Source: the human T2T-CHM13v2.0 reference genome, Homo sapiens
Length of the DNA: 64,000 bases
Reading direction: 5' to 3' (one strand)
NCBI RefSeq assembly: GCF_009914755.1
Contig: NC_060934.1
Shown here: positions 29,501 through 41,500 of the stretch, one piece after another
How positions within the stretch are numbered: position 1 is the stretch's first letter
Layout of the letters: every line of letters begins with the position of its first letter
Notes under the pieces: generated by a model
Databases searched by the model: none
What the model saw: the letters and a program-made list of their open reading frames with translations, nothing else
Told to the model about the DNA's origin: nothing
Position numbers and translations under genes: made by a program

Positions 29501-32500
29501 AACTGTTTGACTCTGTGAGATGAATGCACATATCACAAAGCAGTTTCTCAGAAAGCTTGTTTCTAGTTTTTATCAGAAGTTATTTCCTTTTTCACCATAG
29601 GCCTCAATGCTCTCCATAATATCCCTTTGCAGTCCCTACAGAAACGGTGTTTCCAAACTGCTCAGTGGAAAGCATGGTTTAACTCTTTGAGATGAATGCA
29701 GACATCACAAAGCAGTTTCTCAGATAGATTCATTCTAGTTTTTATCCTGGGATATTCCCTTTTATGCCATTGGCTTCATGGAGCTATCAATTGTCCATTC
29801 TCTAAGTGGGCAAAAACAGTGTTTACAAATTGCTGAATGAAAAGAATGGTTTAACTATGTGAGGTGAGTGCACAAATGATAAACTGGTTTCTCAGATAGA
29901 TTGCTTCAAGTTTTTATTCTGGGTTATTCACTTTTTTGCCATTGGCCTCAATGAGCTCTGAAATGTCCATTCACAGAATGGACATAAACTGTGTTTCCAA
30001 AGTACTGAATCTGAAGAAAGTTTTAAGTCTGTGAGATGAATGCTGCTGAATAAAAAGCATGGTTTAACTCTGTGAGATGAATGCACACATCACAGAGCAG
30101 TTTGTCAGATAGCTTCCTTCTAGTTTTTATCCTGGGATATTCCCTTTTTCGACATCAGTCTCAATGAACTCCCAAATGTCCATTCGCTGAGTAGACAAAA
30201 ACAGTGTTTCAAAACTGTTGAATCCAGTGTACAGTTTAACTCTGTGAGATGAATTCACGCATCACAAGGCAGTTTCTCAGAAATATTCTTTCCAGTTTAT
30301 ATCTGAAGATATTTCCTTTTTCACCATAGTTCTTAATTCACTCCAAAATATCCCTTTGAAGATTCTACAAAGCACTGTTTCCAAACTGCTGTATGAAAAG
30401 AAAGCTTTAACTCTGCGAGATGAATGCACACATCACAAAGCAGTTTCTCGGATAGCTTCCTCCTAGGTTTTATTCAAGGATATTCAGTTTTTCACCAATG
30501 GCTTCAATTAAGTACCAAATGTCCATTCAAAACACCCTTTCCAAATTATTGAATCCAAAGAAAGGTTTAAATCTGTGAGATGACTGCACACACCATAAGG
30601 CAGTTTCTTAGAAAGCTTCTTTCTAGTTTTTATCTGAAGAGGCCATTTCACCAAAAGCCTCAATGCTCTCTGAAATAACCCTTTGTGAATTCTACAAAAA
30701 CAGTGTTTCCAAACTACTGAATGAAAAGAAAGGTTTATCTCTGCGAGATCAGTGCTCACATCACAAAGAGGTTTCTGAGATAACTTCTTTCTAGTTTTTA
30801 TCCAGGGATATTCTCTTTTTCACCATTCACCTCAATGAGCTCCAAAATGCCCATTCGCAGACTGGACAAAAACATTTTTCCAAACTGCTGAATCCAGTGT
30901 ACAGTTTAACTCTGTGAGATGAATTCACACAACACAAGGCAGTTATTCAGAAAGATTCTTTCAAGTTTATATCTGAAGATATTTCCTCTTTCAACATAGT
31001 CCTCAATATGCTGTAAAATATCCTTTTGATGAGTCTACAAAAACAGTTTCCAAACTGCTGTATGAAAAGAAAGCTTTAACTCTGCAAGATGAATGCACAC
31101 ATCACAAAGCAGTTTCATAGATAGCTTCCTTCGAGTTTTTATACAGGAATATTCTCTTTTTCACCAATAGCCTCAATGGAGTACCAAATGTCCATTCAAA
31201 ACACTCTTTTCAAATTACTGAATCCAAAGAAAGGCTTAACTCTGTGAGATGATTGCAGACATGACAAAGCTGTTTCTCAGAAATCTTTGTAGTTTTTATC
31301 TGAGGAAGTTTCCTTTTTCACCATAGGCCTCAATGATCTCTGTAATATCCCATTGCATATTAAACAAAAACAGTGTTCCAAACTACTGAATGAAAAGCAT
31401 GCTTAATTCCGTGAGATGAATGCACACATCGCATAGCAGTTTCTCATGTAGCTTTCTTCTAGTTTTCATCCTGGGATATTACCTTTTTCACCATTGGCCA
31501 CAAAGAAATCCCAAATATCCATTCACTGAGAGGACAAAAAAAGTGTTTCAAAACTGCTGAATCCAAAGAAAGGTTTAATTCTGTCAGATGAATGCACACA
31601 TCATAAGGCAGTTACTAAAAAATCTTCTTTCTAGTTTTTATATGAAAATGTTCCCTATTTCACCATAGGCCTGAATACTCTCCTAAATATCCATTTGTGG
31701 ATACTACAAAAACAGTGTTTTGAAACTGCTGTATGAAAAGAAAGGTTTAAATCTGTGAGATGAATGCACACATACCAAAGCAGTTTCTCAGGTAGCTGCC
31801 TTCTGGTTTTAATCCTGGGATATTTGCTTTTTCGTCATTGTCCTCAAGGAGCTCACAAATATCCATTTGCAGAATGGACAAAACAATCTTTACAAGCTAC
31901 TCAATCCAAAGAATGCACACATCACAAAGCAGTTTCTCAGAACATTTATTTCTAGTTTTTATCTGAAGATGTTTCCTATTTCACCACAGGCTTCAATACT
32001 CTCGGAAATAATACTTTACAGATTCTACCAAAACAGTGTTTCCAAAGTGCTGGATGAAAAGAAAGGTTTAACTCTGTGAAATGAATTCTCATATCACAAA
32101 GCAGTTTCTCAGATAGCTTCCTCCTAGTTTTAATATAAGGATATTCCCTTTATTGGCATTGACCTCAATGAGCTCCCAAATGTCCATTCACAGAATGTCA
32201 AAAAAAGTTTTTCCAAACTACTGAATCCAAAGAAAGGTTTAACACTGTGAGATGAATGCACACATCACAAAGCAGTTACTCAGAAAGCTTCTTTCTAGTT
32301 TTTATATGACGATGTTTCCTTTATCACCCTTGGACTCAATGCTCTCTGAAATATCCCTTTGCAGATTCTACATAAACAGTGTTTCCAAACTAATGAATGA
32401 AAAGAAAGGTTTAACTCTGTGAGATGAATGCACACACCACAATGCATTTTCTCAGACAGATTCCTTCTAGTTTTACCCTGGTATAATCTATTTTTCACCA

Positions 32501-35500
32501 TTGGCCTCTATGAGTTCCCAATGTCCATTCACAGAATGGACAAAAACAGTATTTCCAAACTACTGAATCCAAAGAAAGGTTTATGTTTTTGAGATGAATC
32601 AACACATCACAAAACAATTTCTCAGATAGCTTCCATCTAGTCTTTATCTGAAGATTTTTCCTTTTTCACTGTAGGCCTCAATGCTCTCTGAAATATCCCT
32701 TTTGAGATTCTGCAAAAACATCATTTCCAAACTGCTGAATCCAAAGAAATGTTTAACTCTGTGAGATGAATGCACACATCACAAAGCAGTTTCTCAGAAA
32801 GCTTCTTTCTATTTTTATCTGAAGATGTTTCCTTTTTCACCAGAGGCCTCAATTTTCTCTGAAATATCTGTTTTCAGATTCTACAAAAACAGTGTTTCCA
32901 AACTACTGAATCCAAAGACAGCTTTAATTCTCTGAGATGAATGCACACATTACAAAGCAATTTCTTAGAATGCTTCTTTATAGTTTTTATCTGAAGATGT
33001 TTCCTTTTTCACCATAGGCCTCAATGCTCTTCAAAATACCTGTTTTCCAATTCTAGAAAAACAGTGTTTCCAAACTGCTGTTCCAAAGACAGGTTTAATT
33101 TTGTGAGATGAATGCACACTTCAGAAAGCAGTTTCTAAGAAAACTTCTTTCTAGTTTTACCTAAGATGTTTCATTTTTAACAGTAGGTGCCAATGCTTTG
33201 CTAAATATCCCTTTGGTGATTCTAGAAAAACAGTGTTTCCCAAACTACTGAATCCAAAGACAGGTTTACCTCTGTGACATGAATGCACACATCACAAAGC
33301 GATTCTCAGATAGCTTCCTTCTAGTTTTTATCTTACGATATTCACATTTTCACAATTAGCCTCAGTGAGCTCCCAAATGTTCATTTGCACAATGGAAAAA
33401 AACAGTGTTTGCAAACTATTGAATTCAAAGAATCGTTTAAGTCTGTGAGATGAATGCACACATCACAAAGCAGTTTCTCAGAAAGCTGCTTTCTAGTTTT
33501 TATATGAAGGTGTTTCCTCTTTCACCACAGGCCTCAATGCTCTGGGAAATATCCCTTTGGAGATTCTAAAAAATAGTGTATCCAAACTGCTGAATCCAAA
33601 AAAGGTTTAACTCTGTGAGATGAATGCCCACACCACAAAACAGTTTCTCAGCAAGATTCTTTCTAGTTTTTATTTGAAGATATTTCCTTTTTGACCATAG
33701 TCCTCAATGCTCTCCGAAATGTCCCCTGGCAGCTTCTACAAAAACACTGTTTCCAAACTGCTGAATGAAAAGAAAGGTTTAACTCTGTGAGATGAATATG
33801 TACATCACATAGTAGTTTCTCACATAGTTTCCACTTGGGTTTATCCTGGGATATTTCACTTTTTTGCCATTGGCCTCAATGAACTCCCAATTGTCCATTC
33901 CCAGAAGGGACAAAAATAGTGTTTCAAATGACTGACTCAAAAGAAAGGTTTAACTCTGTGAGATGAATGCACATAGCACAAAGCAGTCTCTCAGAAAGCT
34001 TCTTTCTAATTTTTATCTAAATATTTTTCCTTTTTCACCTTAGGCCTAAATGCTCTTTCAAATATCCCTTTGCAGATACTACAAAAACAGTGTTTCCAGA
34101 GTGCTGAATGAAAAGAAAGGTTTAACTCTGTTCGATGAACGCACACAACACACAGCAGTTTCTCAGATAGCTTCCTCCTAGTTTTTATCCTGCTATGTTT
34201 GATTTTTCAACATTGGCCTCAGTGAAGCAGCAAATGTCCATTCGTAGATTGGAAAAAACAGTGTTTTGAAAGTACAGAATCCGAAAAATATTTAAGTCTG
34301 TGACATGAAAGCACACATCACAAAGCAGATTCCCAGAAAGCTTCTTTGTAGTTTTTATCTGAAGATGTTTCCGTTTTCACCATAGGCCTGAATTCTTCCC
34401 AAAACATCCCTTTGAAGATACTACAAAAACACTCTTTCCAAGCTGGTGCATCCAAAGGGAAGTTTAACTCTGTGAGATGAATGCACACATCACAAAGTAG
34501 TTTCTCAGAAAGCTTCTTTCTACTTTTTATCTGAACATGGTTCCTTTTTCTCCGTAGACCTCAATTCTCTCTGAAACATCCATTTGTAGATTCTACAAAA
34601 ACACTGTTCCCAAACTGCTGAATTCAAAGAAAGGTTAATGAATGCACACTTCACAGGGCAGTTTCTCAGAAAACTTTCTAGTTTTTATCTGAAGATATTT
34701 CCTTTTTCACCATAGGCCTCAATGATCTCCCAAATATCCCTTTGCAGATTCTACTAAAACTGTATTTCTAAACTGCTGATTGAAAAGAAAGTTTTAATTC
34801 TGCAAGATGAATGCACATATCACATAGCAGTTTCTCAGATAGCTTCCATCTAGTTTTTCTCTTGGGATATTCGCTTTTTTGCCATGGGCCTCAATGAGTT
34901 CCCATCTGTCAATTCACAGAATGAACAAAAACTCTCTTTCCAAACTACTGCATGGAAAGAAAAGATTAATTCCTCGACATGAATGCACAAATTACAAAGC
35001 AGTTTCTCAGAAAGCTTCTTTTTAATTTTTATCTGAAGATATTTCTTTTTTCACCATAGTCCTCAATGCTCTGTGAAATATCCCTTTGGAGATTCTACAA
35101 AAACAGTGTTTCCAAACTGCGGAATGAAAAGTAAGGTTTAACTCTGTGAGATGAATGCACACATCACAAAGTGGTTTCTCAAATAGCTTCCATCTACTTT
35201 TTATCCTGGGATATCTGCTTTCTCCCCATAGGCCTCAGTGAGCTCCAAAAAGAAAGGTTTAACTCGGTGAAACGAATGATCACATTGCAAAGTGGCTTAT
35301 CAGATACCTGCCTTCTAGTTTTAATCCTGGGATATTCCATTTTTTGCCTTTGGCCCCAATGTTCTCCCAATTGTCCATTCCGCGAATGGACAAAAACAAT
35401 GTTTCCAAACAGCTGAATCTAAAGAATGGTTTAACTTTATGGGATGAATGCACACATCACATAACAGTTTCTCAGATAGCTTCCATCGACTTTTTATCCT

Positions 35501-38500
35501 GGGATATATGTTTTTTCCCCGTAGATCTCAATGAGATCCCAAATGGTCATTCACAGAATGGACAAAAACAGTGTTTCCAAACTGCTGAATGAAGAGAAAG
35601 GTTTAACTCTGTGAGATGAGTGCCCATATCACAAAGCAGTTTCTCAGATACTTTCCTTCGCGTTTTTATCCTGGGATACTTGCTTTTTTGCCATTGTCTT
35701 CAGTGATCTCCAAAATGTCAATTTGCAGAATGGATTAAAACAGTTTTTCCAAACTCCTGAGTCCAAAGAAGGGTTTAGCTCTGTGATTTGAACGTCCACA
35801 TCACAAAGTAATTTCACAGAAAGCTTCTTTCTAGTTTTTATCTGAAGGTGTTGCCTATTTCACTGTAGGCCTCAATGCTCTCTCAAGTATCCTTTTGCAG
35901 ATTGTACAAAAACAGTCTTTCCAAACAGCTGAATGAAAAGAAAGGTTTAACACTGTGAGTTAAATGCACCCATCCCAAAGTGGATTCTCAAATAGCATCC
36001 TTATAGTATTTATGCTGAGATATTAGCTTTTGACAATGAGCTTCATTGAGCTCCCAAATGTTTATTTGTAGAATGGACAAAAATAATTTCTCCAAAGTGA
36101 TGAACAAAAGAAAGATTTAATTATGTTAGATGAATGGACACAACACAAAGCAGTTTCTCAGAAAGGTTATTTCTAATTTTAATCTGAAATTGTTTCCTTT
36201 TTTCAACATTGGCCTCTATGCACTCCCAAATGTAACATAGCAGATTCTACAAAACCATTGTTTCCAAACTGCTAAATGAAAAGAAAGTTTTAACTCTGTG
36301 AGATGAATGCACACATCAAAAACGTTTCCTCAGATAGCTTCCTTCTAGTTTGTACCCTGGGATATTCCTTTTTCTGAAGTTGGCCTCAAAGAGCTCTCAA
36401 ACGTCCATTCACAGAATGGACAAAAACAGTCTTTCCATACTGCTGAATTGAAAGAAGTGTTTAACTCTGTGAGATGAATGCACACATCACAATGCAGTTT
36501 TTCAGAAAGCTTCTTTCTAGTTTTTATCTGAATATGTTTCTTTTTTCTCTATAGGTCTCAATGTGCACCCAAATATCCCTTTTCAGATTCTATAGAAACA
36601 GTTTTTCCAAACTGCTGAATGAAAAGAAAGATTTAACTCAGTGAGATGAATGCACACAAAACAAAGCAGTTTCTCAGATAGCTTCCTTCTGGTTTTTGTC
36701 CTGGGATATTTTCTTTTTCGTGATTTGTCTCAATGAGCTCCCAAATGTCCATTCACAGAATGGACAAAAACACTCTTTCCAAACTGCTGAATCCAAAGAA
36801 AGGTTTAACACTGTGAGATGTATAGATACATAATGAAGCACTTTCTCACAGTGCTTCTTTCTTGTTTTTATCTGAAGATGTTTCCTTTTTCACCATAGAC
36901 CTCAATGCATTCCCAAATATTGCTTCACAGATTCTACAAAAACCGTTATTCCAAACTGGTGAGTGAAAAGAAAGCTTTAACTCTTTGAGATCAATGCACA
37001 CATCACAAATCGGTTTCTCAGATAGCTTCCTTGTAGTTTTTATCCTTGGATATTTGCTTTTTCACCACTGGCCTCAATGAGCTCCAAGATGTCCTATCAC
37101 AGAATGGACATAAACAGTGTTTCCAAACTGCTGAATACAAAGAAAAGTTTAATTATGTGAGATGAATGCACACATCACAAAGCAGCTTATCAGAAAGCTT
37201 CTTACTAGTTTTAATCTGAAGATGTTTCCTTTTTCACCATGTGCATCTATGTACTCCCTAATATCGCTTCACAGATTCTACAAAAACAGTCTTTCCAAAC
37301 TGCTGAATGAAAAGAATGGGTTAACTCTTCAGATGAATACACATATCCCAAAGCAGTTTCTCAGATAGCTTATAGAATCTAGTTTTTATCCTAGGATATT
37401 CACTTTTTCCCCTTTGGCCTCAAATATCTCCCAAATATCCATTGGCAAAATGGAAAAAAATCTTGTTTCCAAACTGCTGAATCCAAAGAAAGGTTTAAAT
37501 CTGTGAGATGAATGCATACATAAAAAAGCAGTTTCTGAGAAAGTATTTTCCTAGTTTTTATCTGTGGATGTTTCCTATTTCACCATAAGCCTCAAGTTTC
37601 TCTGAACTATCCCTTTGCAGATTCTATAAAAACAGTGTTTCCAAACTACTGAATGCAAAGGAAATTTTAACTCTGTGAGATGAATGCACACATCACAAAG
37701 CAGTTTTTCAGATTGCTTCTTTGTAGTTTTTAGCCTGGGATATTATCTTTTTCGCCTTTGGCCTCAAAGAGCTCCCAAATGTTCATTCACCGAATGGACA
37801 AAAACAGTGTTTCCAAAATACTGAATCCAAAGAATGGTTTAACTCAGTGAGATGAATGCACACATCAGAAAGAAGTTTCTCAGAAACCTTCTTTGTAGTT
37901 TTTACCTGAAGTGGTTTCCTTTTTCATCATGGGCCTCAATGCACTCAGAAATATCCCTTTGCAGATTCTACAAAAACAATGCTTCCAAACTGCTGAAAGA
38001 AAAGAAAGGTTTAAAACTGTGAGATGAATGCACACATCACAAAGCAGTTTCTCAGAAAGCTTCCTGCTAATTTTTGTCAGACGTTTCCTTTTTCACCATA
38101 GGCCTCAATGCACTCCCAAACTTCCCTTCACAGATTTTACAAAATCAGTGTTTCCAAACTGCTGAATGAAAAGAATATTTAATCCTGTGAGAGGAATGCA
38201 GACAACACAAAGCAGTTCCTCAGATAGCTTCCTTGTAGTTTTGATCCTGGGATATTCAGTTATTTGCCATTGGCCTCAAAGACCTCCCAAATTTCCATTT
38301 TCAGCATGGACAAAAACAGTGTTTACAAACTGCTGATTCCAAAGAGAGCTTTAAGTCTGTGAGATGAATGCACACATCACAGGTCAGTTTCTCAGAAAGG
38401 TTCTTTCTAGTTTTTATCTGAAGATATTTTATTTTACACAATAGGCCTCATTGCACTCCCAAATATCCCCTCATGGATTTGACAAGAAACATTCTTTCCA

Positions 38501-41500
38501 AAGTGTTGAATGAAAAGACAGGTTTTCCTCTGTGAGATAAATGTACACATCACAAAGCCGCTTCATAGATACTGTCCTTCTAGTTTTTAACTTGTAATAT
38601 TCGATTTTTTTCCATTGGCCTCAATGAACTCCAAAAAGTCCATTCACAGAATGGAAAAGCACATTATTTTCAAACAGCTGAATCCAAGGAAAGGTTTAAC
38701 TCTGTGAGATGTATAGAAACATAACAAAGCACTTTCTCACAGAGCTTCTTTCTTGTTTTTATCTGAAGATGTTTCCTTTTTCACCATAGGCCTCAATGCA
38801 TTCCCAAATATTGCTTTGCAGATTCTACAAAAATGGGTATTCCAAATGGCTGAGTGAAAAGAAAGTTTTAAGTCTGTGAGATCAATGAACAGATCACAAA
38901 TCGGTTTATCAGATAGCATCCTTGCGGTTTTTATGCTGGGATATTTGCTTTTTCACCACTGGCCTCAATGAGCTCCAAGATGTAGTTTCGCAGAATGGAC
39001 ATAAACAGTGTTTCCACACTGCTGAATCCAAAGAAAGGTTTAATTATGTGAGATGAATGCAAACATCACAAAGCAGTTTATCAGAAAGCTTCTTTCTAGT
39101 TTTTATCCAAAGATGTTTCCTTTTTGATGGTACGCATCCATATACTCCCAAATATACCTTTGCAGATTCTACAAAAACAGTGTCTCCAAAATGCTGAATA
39201 AAAAGAAATGGTTAACTCTGCAGGATGAATGCACACATCCCAAAGCGGTTTCTCAGATAGATTCCTTCTAGCTTTTATCCTGGGATATTCACTTTTTTCC
39301 CATTGGCCTCAATGAGCTCCCAAATATCCATTTGCATAATGGACAAAAACAGTATTTCCAAACTGCTGAATCAAAAGAAAAGTATAACTGTGAGAGTTGA
39401 ATGCACACATCACAAAGCAGTTTCTCAGAAACATTTTTTTCAGTTTTTATCTGAAGATATTTCCTTTTTCACCCTAGGCCTCAATTTGCTGCTAAATACT
39501 CCTTTGCAGATTCTACAAAAACAGTTTTTCCAACCTGCCATATGAAAAGAAAGTTTTAACCTTGTGAGATGAATGCACATATCACAAAGCAGGTTCTCGG
39601 ATAGTTTCCTTTTAGTATTTGTGCTGGGATATTCACTTTTTCACCATTGCCTTCATTGAGCTCCCAAATATCTATTCACAGAATGGACAAAAAGAATTTT
39701 TCCAAACTGCTGAACAAAAGAAATGGTTTAATTCTGTTAGATGAAGGCACACATCACAAAGCAGTTTTTCAGAAAGGTTCTTTCTAAATTTTAACTGAAG
39801 ATGTTTCCTTTTTCAACAGAGGCCTCTATGCACTCCCAAATATCCCATAGCAGATTCTACAAAACCATTGTTTCCAAACTGCTAAATGAAAATAAACTTT
39901 TAACTCTGTGAGATGAATGCACACATCACAAAGGAGTTCCTCAGATAGCTTCCTTCTAGTTTCTACCCTGGGATAATTCCTTCTTTGACACTAGCCTTAA
40001 AGAGCCCTCAAATGTCCATTCACAGAATGGACAAAAACAGCCTTTCCATACTGCTGAATCCAAAGAAATGTTTAACTCTGTGAGATGAATGCACACATCA
40101 CAAAGCAGTTTCTCAGAAAGCTTCTTGCTAGTTTTTACCTGAAGGTATCTCCTTTTTACCATAGGCCTCAATGCTATCCAAAATATCCCTTTGCAGATGC
40201 TACAAAAACAGTGTTTCCAAACTGCTGAATGAATAGAAATATTTAACTGTGCAAGAAGAATGCACGCATCACATAACAGTTTCTCAGGTAGCTTCCACGT
40301 ACTTTTTATCCTGGGATATTTTCTCTTCCCCATGGGCCACAGTAAAGTCAAAATATCCATTCCAAGATTGGACAAAAGCAGTGTTTCCAAACTGCTGAAT
40401 CCAAAGAAAGTTTTGACTCTGTGAGATGAATGCACAAAGCCGAAAGCAGTTTCTCAGAAAGTGTCTTTCTAGTTTTTATCAGAAGATATTTCCTTTTTCA
40501 TGATAAACCTCAGTGCTCTCTGAAATATCCCTTTGCTGGTTCTACAAAAACACTGTTTCCAAACTGCTGTATGAAAAGGAAGCTTTAATTCTGCGAGATG
40601 AATGTACACAACACAAAGCCATTTCTCAGAAAGATTCCTTCTAGATTTTATCCTGTTATATTCACTTTTTCACCATTAGCCACAAGGAACTCCCAAAAGT
40701 ACATTCACAGTATAAACAAATACAGTGTTTCCAAACTGCTGAATCCAAAGAGAGGTTTACCTCTGTGAGATGAATGCACACAACACAAACCAGTTTCTCA
40801 GGAAGCTTCTTTCTAGTTTTTATCTCAAGATGTTTCCTTTTTCAACATAAGCCTCAATGCTTTCCAAAATATCCCTTTGCAGATTCTGCAAAAACAGTGT
40901 TTCCAAACTGCTGAATGAAATGTTTCTCTGTGGATGAATGCACACATCACAAAGAGGTTTCTCAGAGAGCTTCCTTCTAGTTTTTATACCATGATATTCT
41001 CTTTTTTGGCCTTAATAAGTTCCCAAAAGTCCATTTGCAGAATGGACAAAAACAGTGTTTCCAATCTGCTGAATCAAAATAAAGCTTTAACTCTGGGAGA
41101 TTAATGCACACATCACAAAGTAGTTTCTCAGAAAGCTACTTTCTAGTTTTCATCTGAAGATGTTTAGATTTTCACCAAAGACCTCAAAGCTCTCAGAAAT
41201 ATCCCTTTGCAGATTCTACAAAAACAGTGTTTCCAATCTGCTGAATCCAAAGAAAGGATTAACTCTGGGAGTTGAATGCACACATCACATAGCAGTTTCT
41301 CAGATATCTTCTGTCTACTTTTTGTCCTGAAATATTCACTTTTTCCTCATTGTCCTCAGTGAGTTTCCAAATGTCCATCCACAGAATGGACAAGAACAGT
41401 GTTTCCAAACCAGTGAATGAAAAGAGAAAGTTTAACTCTGTGAGATGAATGCACACATCACAAAGCAGTCTCTCAGATGGCTTCCTTTCAGTTTTTATCC

